Positions 56,384 to 64,000 of a stretch of 64,000 nucleotides of DNA are shown here, in pieces. The notes under the pieces were generated by a model. That model searched no databases and had not been told where the DNA came from. It saw nothing but the letters and a program-made list of their open reading frames with translations. The position numbers and the translations under genes were made by a program. Positions within the stretch are counted from its first letter, which is position 1, and each line of letters starts with the position of its first letter. This stretch comes from an uncultured Actinomycetota bacterium (GTDB lineage Bacteria; Actinomycetota; UBA4738; HRBIN12): contig CAVZUH010000002.1 of the NCBI GenBank assembly GCA_963778505.1, positions 472,674-536,673 of the forward strand. The letters are read 5' to 3'.

Positions 56384-57298
56384 CTAGCCCCGGGCGAACA
56401 CGTTCCGGATCGCGAGCCACAGGTTCCGCCCCGGATGCTCCGCGAGGCGCCGCATGAACCAGGGATACCAGTGGGTCCCGTAGCTGATCAGGACGCGGAC
56501 GCGGAAGCCCTCACTCGCGAGTCGCCGCTGATCTGCGAGGCGGATCCCGTAGAGCATCTGGATCTCGTAGGTGTCACGGTCGAAGCCGGCGGCGGCCGCT
56601 CGGCGCTCGATCTCCGAGAGCAGCTGCACGTCGTGGGTTGCGAGGGCGAGGCGGCCGCCGCGGGACCATCGGAGGAACTCGAGCGACAGCTTCTCGAAGG
56701 TCGCTCGGATCCGGTGGCTGTTGTGTATCGCGACGTCGGCTGGTTCCCGGTACGCGCCCTTGACCAGGCGCACCGATGCACCGGCGGTGAGGAGATCGGC
56801 GATGTCCTGCGGCGTGCGACGGAGGTAGGCCTGGATGCACACTCCGGTGTTCCCGAGCTCCTCGTGGAGTCGGCGGTAGATCGCGAGGGTCGGCTCCACA
56901 TAGGGGACGGACTCCATGTCGAGGAAGAGGTGCTTCCCCGTCGCAGCGCAGCGCTCGGCGAGACGGTGGAGCCGCCGATACGTCTCCTCGGCGTCGAGGT
57001 CCAGGCCGAGGTGCGTCGGCTTCACCGACACCTCCGCGTCGATGCCCCGTTGCTCGATCAGGTCCATCAGCCCGAGGTATTGCTCGGCAACGGCGTCGGC
57101 ATCCGCCGAGCTCTCGACGTTCTCGCCGAGGTACGTGATCGTCGCTGGGATGCCTTCGGCCGCAAGGCGCTCCGCGGCATCGATCGCGTCCTCCATCCGC
57201 TCGCCGGGCATGAAGCGCGCGACGGTCGCTCGCACGAATCGGAAGCGCGGGAGGTGCGCTGCCGAGCCACCTGTTGCGAGCGGCGAGGAGGATCGCAT
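56384..57298 (-). CDS. Proline dehydrogenase
   Basis: Intact 304-aa ORF: ..ATITYLGENVESSAD..VSVKPTHLGLDL..HLFLDMESVPY..VRLVKGAY.. (ProDH TIM-barrel). Confidence 0.8.
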   Translation of the reverse strand: MRSSSPLATGGSAAHLPRFRFVRATVARFMPGERMEDAIDAAERLAAEGIPATITYLGENVESSADADAVAEQYLGLMDLIEQRGIDAEVSVKPTHLGLDLDAEETYRRLHRLAERCAATGKHLFLDMESVPYVEPTLAIYRRLHEELGNTGVCIQAYLRRTPQDIADLLTAGASVRLVKGAYREPADVAIHNSHRIRATFEKLSLEFLRWSRGGRLALATHDVQLLSEIERRAAAAGFDRDTYEIQMLYGIRLADQRRLASEGFRVRVLISYGTHWYPWFMRRLAEHPGRNLWLAIRNVFARG

Positions 57299-57348
57299 CG
57301 CGCGCCGGGTTCATCCGTGCATCACCGCCGGATGATAGGGGCGACGGG

Positions 57349-58635
57349 TCAGAACTGCTGCTGCTCCGTGGAACCGTCGAGGGCGAGAGTAGACGCGCCG
57401 CCAGAGATCGCTCGCGAGACCAGGTCGAAGTAGCCGGTCCCGACCTCCTGTTGGTGTCGGGTCGCGGTGTAACCCTCTGGCTCGAGTGCCATCTCCCGCT
57501 GCTGGAGCCGGACGTACGCGGTCATCCCTTCCTCTGCATAGCCGTGGGCGAGCTCGAACATCGAGGCGTTCAGCGCGTGGAAACCGGCGAGCGTGACGAA
57601 CTGGAAGCGGTAGCCCATCGCGGCCAGCTCCTTGCGGAACCGCGCGATCTCCTCGTCGTCGAGGTGCTGTTTCCAGTTGAACGAAGGGGAGCAGTTGTAC
57701 GCGAGCACCCTGTCCGGGAACCGATCCAGGATCGCCTCGGCGAAGACGCGAGCCTCCTCGAGATCGGGAGTCGACGTCTCGCACCAGAGCATGTCGGCAT
57801 GTCGCGCGTACGCGAGCCCGCGTGCGACCGCCGGCTCCATCCCATCGCGCACGAGGAAGAATCCTTCGGGCGTGCGCTCGCCGGTGAGGAAGCGGCGGTC
57901 CCGCTCGTCGATGTCGGACGTGAGGAGAGTGGCCGAGAGCGCATCGGTCCGCGCGATCAGGACCGTCGGCACATCGGCCACGTCGGCCGCCAGCCGGGCG
58001 GCGGTGAGCGTTCGCTCGAACTGCTCGGTCGGCACGAGCACCTTGCCGCCCAGGTGGCCGCACTTCTTCTCGGACGCGAGCTGGTCTTCGAAGTGCACGC
58101 CCGCGGCTCCCGTCTCGATCATCGAGCCCATGAGCTCGAAAGCATTCAGGTGCCCGCCGAACCCGGCCTCGGCGTCCGCGACGATCGGTGCGAGCCACTC
58201 GCGGGCTGCCGTGCCGCTCGACCAGGCGATCTGGTCCGCGCGCCGCAACGCGTTGTTGATCCTGCGGACCACGGCGGGCACGGAGTTGGCCGGGTACAGC
58301 GATTGGTCGGGGTACGTCTGGCCCGCGAGGTTCGCGTCCGCGGCGACTTGCCAGCCGGACAGGTAGATGGCCTTCAGTCCCGCCTTGATGCACGCCACCG
58401 CCTGTCCGCCGGTGAGACACCCCAGCGCCGCGACGTGCTCCTCGTTCTGAAGGAGATCCCAGAGCCGCTCCGCGCCGTGCCGAGCCAGGGAATGTTCCTG
58501 CTTGAGGGAGCCGCGGAGGCAGATCACCTCCTCCGCGGTGTACGGGCGCGCGACGCCAGCCCAGCGGGGGTCGCGTGCCCACCGCCGCTCAAGCTCCTTG
58601 GCTTCTTGTGTGATCCGCCTCCGAACGTCGTCCAT
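57349..58635 (-). CDS. aceA: Isocitrate lyase
   Basis: Intact 428-aa ORF: ..[41 protein letters not shown].. (KKCGH signature). Confidence 0.93.
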   Translation of the reverse strand: MDDVRRRITQEAKELERRWARDPRWAGVARPYTAEEVICLRGSLKQEHSLARHGAERLWDLLQNEEHVAALGCLTGGQAVACIKAGLKAIYLSGWQVAADANLAGQTYPDQSLYPANSVPAVVRRINNALRRADQIAWSSGTAAREWLAPIVADAEAGFGGHLNAFELMGSMIETGAAGVHFEDQLASEKKCGHLGGKVLVPTEQFERTLTAARLAADVADVPTVLIARTDALSATLLTSDIDERDRRFLTGERTPEGFFLVRDGMEPAVARGLAYARHADMLWCETSTPDLEEARVFAEAILDRFPDRVLAYNCSPSFNWKQHLDDEEIARFRKELAAMGYRFQFVTLAGFHALNASMFELAHGYAEEGMTAYVRLQQREMALEPEGYTATRHQQEVGTGYFDLVSRAISGGASTLALDGSTEQQQF

Positions 58636-58845
58636 CTCTGGCTCCTCTCCGGTGCACGGCGCCTGGAAAAGGGAACGACCTCTCGTCGAGAGGTCGATAG
58701 GCGCGGCCGAGGTGAGTGGGCGCGCCGCTAGGCGCGGGGTACTCGGGAGCAGAAGTTGAACGGCCGTTCAAACATGCTTAGCAGATGGTCCCACACGCGG
58801 ATGGCGGAAGTCAAAACCACACCGTGCCCAGTACAGGCGATCAGC

Positions 58846-59415
58846 TCAGGAAGCCGGACGTCGGGCGCGAAGAGCCCTGCGGACCACCGGTCGAGTGGGC
58901 TTCCGCCGTGCGACTTCTCGGAACCCGGCACGGTCGTACATGGACTTCGCCCCGAAGAACATCACATCCGGATCCAACTGCTCCTCGGTATCCACCGGGT
59001 AGGCCTCCACGAGCCGGGCACCGTGAGACCGTGCGTGATCCACCGCCGCCCGGAGCATCCGCTGGGCCAACCCCTTGCCCCGGACACTTCGGTCGACGAA
59101 GAAGCACATGATCGACCAGACTGGCCGATCGTCGACCGGTTTCATGGCGGGCGAGCGGCGGAGCTTCGGGTAGTCATCTCGAGGACCCAGCGAGACCCAC
59201 GCGACCGGGACGCCGTCCTCGTATCCGATGAGCCCGGGGACGTTGCCTCGGTCGACGAGCGCCTTCATCGCTCGCCGGTTCTCGGCGCCGACCCCAGTGT
59301 CCGTTCCGGTCTTCCGGTAGAACATGCAGAAACACGTTCGCACCACGGGCCGATCGAACATCTCGACGAGGTCGGGCCAACGGTCCTTCGTCACGGGGTG
59401 TGCTTCGAAACTCAC
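58846..59415 (-). CDS. GNAT-family N-acetyltransferase
   Basis: Intact 189-aa ORF: ..FVDRSVRGKGLAQRMLRAAVDHARSHGARLVEAYP... Confidence 0.7.
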   Translation of the reverse strand: MSFEAHPVTKDRWPDLVEMFDRPVVRTCFCMFYRKTGTDTGVGAENRRAMKALVDRGNVPGLIGYEDGVPVAWVSLGPRDDYPKLRRSPAMKPVDDRPVWSIMCFFVDRSVRGKGLAQRMLRAAVDHARSHGARLVEAYPVDTEEQLDPDVMFFGAKSMYDRAGFREVARRKPTRPVVRRALRARRPAS

Positions 59416-59445
59416 TCGGGCAATCTACCGGTGGTGGCCGGGTGG

Positions 59446-60321
59446 TCAGGGCACGATCTTCGAGATCGGGATCTCGAGGATGTCGGTGGCACCGGCCGTC
59501 TTCAGCTCGGGGATGAGCTTGTTCACGCCTTGTTTGTCCACGACGGTCTCGATCGCGTATCCCCCTTCGGAGAGAGGGGAGACCGTCGGCGCTTTCATCG
59601 ACGGGACGACGTCGATGACCGCCCGCAGCCTTTCCTCGCTCACATTGAGCTTGATCAGCACGCGGCCCTCGGCGCGGAGGGCACCCAGCAGCAGCGTCTG
59701 AAGGTCATCCATCGCGGCCCGCTTGGTCGGCTCGTCCAGCGCGTCCCGGTTCGCGATCATCACGGGCTCAGAGGTGAGGAGCGTCTCGAGGATCTTCATC
59801 CCGTGCGCTCTGAGCGTGTTCCCCGTCTCGGTGATGTCCACGATGGCATCGACGATCTCGGGGACCTTCGCCTCCGTGGCGCCGTAGGACCACACGACCT
59901 TCACGGGGATGCCGAGGTCTTCGAAGAACCGTTCCGTCAGCTTCAGGAACTCGGTCGAGATCCGCGTACCGGGCGGGATCTCCTTCGCGCTGTTCGCAGG
60001 GTGCTCGTTCGGGACGGCAAGCACGACCTGGGTGCCATGCCCGGTTCCAGAACGAGCGTAGGAGAGCGTCGTCAACACCTCGACGTCGGCCTCGGTCTCG
60101 GCGATCCAGTCCTGCCCGGTGATGCCCATGTCGAACAGGCCGTCCTGCACGTAGAGCGGGATCTCCTGGGGACGGAGGATCGAGACGCGCTCGATGCGAT
60201 CATCGTCCACCGCGCCGTGGTAGTCGCGGCCGGAGCCGCGGCGCACGCGGAGGTCGGCCGCTTCGAAAAGACGGAGCGTTTGCTCCTCGAGGGAGCCCTT
60301 GGGGATGACGAGCTTCAGCAC
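59446..60321 (-). CDS. hisG: ATP phosphoribosyltransferase (long form)
   Basis: GTG start VLKLVIPKGSLEEQTLRL..; ..VQDGLFDMGITGQDWIAE..; C-terminal regulatory domain ..RVLIKLNVSEERLRAVIDVVPSM... Confidence 0.9.
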   Translation of the reverse strand: MLKLVIPKGSLEEQTLRLFEAADLRVRRGSGRDYHGAVDDDRIERVSILRPQEIPLYVQDGLFDMGITGQDWIAETEADVEVLTTLSYARSGTGHGTQVVLAVPNEHPANSAKEIPPGTRISTEFLKLTERFFEDLGIPVKVVWSYGATEAKVPEIVDAIVDITETGNTLRAHGMKILETLLTSEPVMIANRDALDEPTKRAAMDDLQTLLLGALRAEGRVLIKLNVSEERLRAVIDVVPSMKAPTVSPLSEGGYAIETVVDKQGVNKLIPELKTAGATDILEIPISKIVP

Positions 60322-60385
60322 ATGAACCTCGTGGTCGGTGTGAGGACGGAGTGTAGCCAGCCGTGGAAGGGATAGCGTCGGGGTC

Positions 60386-60781
60386 ATGGAACGACCGCCG
60401 CCCGCGCCGATCCAGGTCGACAGCCCAGAACTGGAGGCGCGACGGACGGCTCTTTCCGTCGCGAGATTCGGCCTCGGCTATCGAGTGCGCGAGGTCGATG
60501 CGTTCCTCGATGAAGCCCTCGACGTGATGCGCTCACTCGTCGAGGAGAACGAGGCACTTCGGGCCGGTCCGTCACGCGAGCACCCGTTGTTCGGCACGAC
60601 GGATACGAGACACCGGCTCACGCCGCTCGACGTGCAGGCGAGGGTGTTCGAGGTTGGGCGCTTCGGGAATGGATACAAGATGCGAGCGGTCGACGAACTC
60701 CTGGATGATGTGACCGACATGCTCGCGGTGCTCATCGCTGAGAACGAGGCCCTACGGATCGCAGGATCCACGTCAGGATGA
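60386..60781 (+). CDS. Small protein with two DivIVA-type N-terminal domains
   Basis: ..ARFGLGYRVREVDAFLDEALDVMRSLVEENEAL.. and ..VGRFGNGYKMRAVDELLDDVTDMLAVLIAENEAL... Intact. Confidence 0.6.
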   Translation: MERPPPAPIQVDSPELEARRTALSVARFGLGYRVREVDAFLDEALDVMRSLVEENEALRAGPSREHPLFGTTDTRHRLTPLDVQARVFEVGRFGNGYKMRAVDELLDDVTDMLAVLIAENEALRIAGSTSG

Positions 60782-61818
60782 TGGACATGAAGAACCCTCG
60801 GGCAGACGGTTTGGCGATGCCCGCGGAGTTCGCTCCGCATCAGGGAACGCTGATGGCGTGGCCCGCCCGCGACGAGTGGTGGGGAGCGCTGCTGGACGCT
60901 GCCCGGGATGAGTGGGCCGGCGTCGCCCGTGCGGTCGCCGCATTCGAGCCGGTCACGATGGTGTGCAACCCCGGGCAGGCAGACGACGTCCGCCGACGCT
61001 GCGGCGCCGGCGTCGAGCCGTTGGAGCTGTCGATCGACGATTCATGGATGCGGGACAACGGCCCGATCTTCGTCACCGACGAGAGGGGGAACGTCGCCCT
61101 CGTCCAGTTCCGCTTCAACTCCTGGGGCGAGAAGTTCCTGCCGTACGACAACGACGCGCGTGTGCCGGAAGCACTGGCGTTGCATCTCGGCGTGCGTCGC
61201 TACCAAGCACCGTTCGTGTTGGAAGGCGGTTCGTTCTTCGTGGACGGCGAGGGAACCCTGCTGACCACGGAGCAATGTCTCCTGAACCCCAACCGGAACC
61301 CGTCGATGAGCCGCGAGGAGATCGAAGACGGTCTCCGCTCGTTCCTCGGCGTCGACACGGTGCTCTGGCTCCCGCACGGACTCGTCGAGGACCGCGACAC
61401 CGATGGGCACATCGACGGGCTCGCGCAATACCTACGGCCCGGGGCGGTGATGGTGTCGGTCGCGGCTGGGGACGACGATCCGAACGCCGCGAGGTTCGAG
61501 GAGGACCGGGCGGTGTTCGTGCGATCCCAGGACTCCCGCGGACGGTCGATCGAAGTGCTGGACGGGCCCGTGAACGCCTGGGTCGAGGTCGAGGGGGTTG
61601 GTCGGGTCGTGATCCCGTACCTGAACTTCTACGTCGTGAACGGCGGGGTGATCGTCCCTGTTGGCGGGGTCCCGGAGGACGAGGCCGCTCTCGAGGTGAT
61701 CGGGGAAGCGTTCCCCGATCGTGAGGCCGTCGGCGTTCCGGCGGCGCTGGTCTCTCACGGAGGCGGTGGTCCGCACTGCATCACGCAGCAGGTACCGGCC
61801 GGATCCTTCGTCAGCTGA
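60778..61818 (+). CDS. aguA: Agmatine deiminase / porphyranase-type peptidyl-arginine deiminase family protein
   Basis: ..[73 protein letters not shown] (catalytic Cys). The start overlaps the upstream stop (ATGA). Confidence 0.8.
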   Translation: MMDMKNPRADGLAMPAEFAPHQGTLMAWPARDEWWGALLDAARDEWAGVARAVAAFEPVTMVCNPGQADDVRRRCGAGVEPLELSIDDSWMRDNGPIFVTDERGNVALVQFRFNSWGEKFLPYDNDARVPEALALHLGVRRYQAPFVLEGGSFFVDGEGTLLTTEQCLLNPNRNPSMSREEIEDGLRSFLGVDTVLWLPHGLVEDRDTDGHIDGLAQYLRPGAVMVSVAAGDDDPNAARFEEDRAVFVRSQDSRGRSIEVLDGPVNAWVEVEGVGRVVIPYLNFYVVNGGVIVPVGGVPEDEAALEVIGEAFPDREAVGVPAALVSHGGGGPHCITQQVPAGSFVS

Positions 61819-62152
61819 GACTGCGGAAGAAGCAGGAACGCCGGCCCGTGTGGCAGGCGGCACCCTCCTGGTGGACACGAGCGAGGAGGACGTCGCCGTC
61901 GCAGTCCACACGGAGCTCCTCCCAATGCTGGACGTGGCCGGACGTGTCGCCCTTGCGCCAGTGCTCTTGCCGCGACCGGCTCCAGTAGACCATCCGGCCC
62001 TCGTCGAGCGTGCGGGCTAGCGCCGCGCGGTTCGACCAGGCGAACATCAAGACGTCGCCGTTCCCGACGTCTTGAACGATCACGGGGATCAATCCCCGAT
62101 CGTCGAAGACCAATCCGTCGAGGTCGACACGTTCTCGTTCGTCAGGGCTCAT
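61811..62152 (-). CDS. hisI: Phosphoribosyl-AMP cyclohydrolase
   Basis: ..[75 protein letters not shown]. Confidence 0.9.
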   Translation of the reverse strand: MSPDERERVDLDGLVFDDRGLIPVIVQDVGNGDVLMFAWSNRAALARTLDEGRMVYWSRSRQEHWRKGDTSGHVQHWEELRVDCDGDVLLARVHQEGAACHTGRRSCFFRSLS

Positions 62153-62155
62153 GAC

Positions 62156-62914
62156 TCACAGCCTCACCGAGATCCCTCGAGAGGCCAGGTGCTCCTTGAC
62201 CTCGCGGATCGTGAGATCGCCGTCGTGCCAGCGCGAGGCGGCGAGGACGGCGTCGGCGTGGCCCTCGGTGAGCGCCTCCGCGAAGTGCTCCGGCGTGCCG
62301 GCGCCGCCGGACGCCACCAGCGGCACCGCGACGGCACCGGCGATCGTGCGCAGCAGCTCGAGGTCGTAGCCCTCGCCGGTGCCGTCGCGGTCCATCGAGG
62401 TCAGCAGGACCTCGCCCGCTCCGTGACGTGAGGTGGCCTCACCGGCCCACTCGACGGCGTCACGCCCGGTCGGTGTGTGCCCTGCGTCGACGTAGACCTC
62501 CCAGCCGGCGCCGTGCTGCTTCGCGTCGATCGCGACCACCATGCATTGGGTTCCGAACCGGTCGGCGCATCGGGAGAGCAGCGATGGGTCGCGCACGGCG
62601 GCGCTGTTCACGCTCACCTTGTCGGCCCCGGCCCGCAGCAGCGCCTGCACGTCGTCCTCGTTCTTGATCCCGCCGCCCACGGTGAGAGGGATGAAGACCT
62701 CCTCCGCGGTTCGGGACACCACGTCGAGCGTCGCCGCACGCTCCTCGAGCGTCGCGGTGATGTCGAGGAACACGAGCTCGTCGGCCCCCTCCCGGTCGTA
62801 GTGCGCGGCGAGCGCGACCGGGTCGCCCGCGTCGCGAAGCTCTCGGAATCGCACGCCCTTCACCACTCGGCCGGCGTCGACATCGAGGCACGGGATCACC
62901 CGCTTCGCGAGCAT
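62156..62914 (-). CDS. hisF: Imidazole glycerol phosphate synthase cyclase subunit
   Basis: [48 protein letters not shown]... Confidence 0.93.
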   Translation of the reverse strand: MLAKRVIPCLDVDAGRVVKGVRFRELRDAGDPVALAAHYDREGADELVFLDITATLEERAATLDVVSRTAEEVFIPLTVGGGIKNEDDVQALLRAGADKVSVNSAAVRDPSLLSRCADRFGTQCMVVAIDAKQHGAGWEVYVDAGHTPTGRDAVEWAGEATSRHGAGEVLLTSMDRDGTGEGYDLELLRTIAGAVAVPLVASGGAGTPEHFAEALTEGHADAVLAASRWHDGDLTIREVKEHLASRGISVRL

Positions 62915-62933
62915 CGGCGCCTCCCTCCGGCGG

Positions 62934-63635
62934 TCATCCTCGTGTCACCTGCGACAGCTTCAACGTCTTCTCGTACAGCGCCTTCCCGGTGACCGCCGCC
63001 TCGCAACCCAGGTCGCGGAGGGCCCAGACGTCTTCGGCGTTGCGCACGCCGCCGGAGGCGATCACGGGCCGGTCGGTCAGCTTCAGCACCTGTCGGTACA
63101 GGCTGAGGTCGGGGCCGTCGAGGGTACCGTCGCGCGCGATCGCGGTGACCAAGAGGCGTGGCGCCCCCGCGTCGTTCAGGTGGGAGACGGTGACTTCGAG
63201 CTCCGGTCCCTCCTCCCGCCAGCCATCGATCATCAGGCGGCCGCCGCGGACGTCGACCGCGACCACCATCCGTTCGGCGAACTCTTCCACCGCGCGCCCG
63301 ACGAACGAGACGTCCGCGGCGGCCGCCGTCCCGAGGATCGCGCGCGCGGCACCGTCCTCCAACACGGCGGCGGCCGCCTCGAGCGAGCGGATCCCCCCGC
63401 CCACCTGGACGGGCACGACCACCGCACGGCAGATGTCCCTGATCGCCTCGCGGTTGTCGCCCTCGCCCAGTGCGGCATCGAGGTCGATCACGTGCAGCCT
63501 GCGGGCACCCTGCTCTTGGAACCGCTCCGCGACCTCGACGGGATGGTCGTCGTAGGCGGTTTCATCCATCGGATCGCCGCGGCGCAGCCGGACGGCTCTC
63601 CCGCCTCGGAGATCGATCGCAGGGATCACGATCAC
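62934..63635 (-). CDS. hisA: Phosphoribosylformimino-AICAR-ribotide isomerase (HisA/PriA)
   Basis: GTG start [21 protein letters not shown]..; ..[13 protein letters not shown]..; ..VQVGGGIRS..; the GTGA overlaps the hisH stop. Confidence 0.9.
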   Translation of the reverse strand: MIVIPAIDLRGGRAVRLRRGDPMDETAYDDHPVEVAERFQEQGARRLHVIDLDAALGEGDNREAIRDICRAVVVPVQVGGGIRSLEAAAAVLEDGAARAILGTAAAADVSFVGRAVEEFAERMVVAVDVRGGRLMIDGWREEGPELEVTVSHLNDAGAPRLLVTAIARDGTLDGPDLSLYRQVLKLTDRPVIASGGVRNAEDVWALRDLGCEAAVTGKALYEKTLKLSQVTRG

Positions 63636-64000
63636 CGGGCGACCGCCTTCACGAAGTTCGCGTAGATCGCGAGCCCGGCCTCGCCCGACTTCTCGGGGTG
63701 GAACTGCGTCGCGAACACGTTGTCGCGTGACGCCACGGCCGCGAACCGTCGTCCGTGCTCGGTGAAGCCCACAGTGTCGTCGTTCGCATCCGGTGCGTAG
63801 GAATGCACGAAGTAGAACCTCGTCCGATCGGGGATCCCCTCCGAGTACGGGTGCGGGCGCTGCCAGGCGACCTCGTTCCATCCGATGTGCGGCACCTTGA
63901 CGCGGTCCGGGAGTCGGCGGGACACGCCGGGAAGCACCCCGAGCCCCGTCTCCGGGTCCTCGTCGCTCCGCTCGAAGAGCACCTGCATGCCAACGCAGAC
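63632..64000 (-). CDS. hisH: Imidazole glycerol phosphate synthase glutamine-amidotransferase subunit (C-terminal part; the gene continues past the window end)
   Basis: ..[47 protein letters not shown]. Confidence 0.88.
   Translation of the reverse strand, partial: VCVGMQVLFERSDEDPETGLGVLPGVSRRLPDRVKVPHIGWNEVAWQRPHPYSEGIPDRTRFYFVHSYAPDANDDTVGFTEHGRRFAAVASRDNVFATQFHPEKSGEAGLAIYANFVKAVAR

Overview
This window is the replication-origin region of a high-GC (about 70%) actinobacterial chromosome (Actinomycetota, possibly a deep-branching class). Gene order matches the conserved oriC neighbourhood: on the minus strand parA, rsmG, jag, yidC, yidD, rnpA, rpmH; on the plus strand dnaA, dnaN, recF, a DUF721/DciA-like gene, gyrB, gyrA, a DUF3566 membrane protein and tRNA-Ile.

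Unlike Mycobacterium tuberculosis, where the two tRNAs are adjacent, tRNA-Ile and tRNA-Ala here are separated by about 11.8 kb of cargo. The cargo carries a GNAT + enolase-superfamily (N-succinylamino-acid racemase/OSBS-like) pair. It also carries an apparent operon of a 23-aa tandem-repeat protein, a MauD-like membrane thioredoxin, a Tat-signal 10-Cys small protein resembling methylamine dehydrogenase light chain, a polytopic membrane protein, a MauE-like (CGCFG) membrane protein and a secreted protein. It ends with a multidomain S8 subtilase locus of about 5.6 kb.

Downstream of tRNA-Ala: a roughly 1450-aa membrane-anchored coiled-coil protein, M15 and M23 peptidases, a degenerate histidine-kinase-like protein, a PQQ-type sugar dehydrogenase, an orphan CoxL-like molybdoenzyme subunit, an S9 peptidase, crgA, a penicillin-acylase-family gene, two tandem ABC exporter genes, fadD, an MBL-rhodanese fusion, a sulfite-reduction/siroheme cluster (sirA, cysX-like, cysH, sirC-like, cobA), aceA, a proline dehydrogenase gene and part of the histidine biosynthesis cluster.

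No CRISPR array, integrase, transposase or rRNA was seen.

A major caveat: most long genes in 1-26 kb and 34-54 kb, including the essential dnaA, dnaN, gyrA and gyrB, are broken by single-base frameshifts, while 26.5-34 kb and 54.5-64 kb are almost clean. This points to uneven sequence quality (indel errors) rather than pseudogenes. All coordinates of frameshifted genes are therefore approximate.
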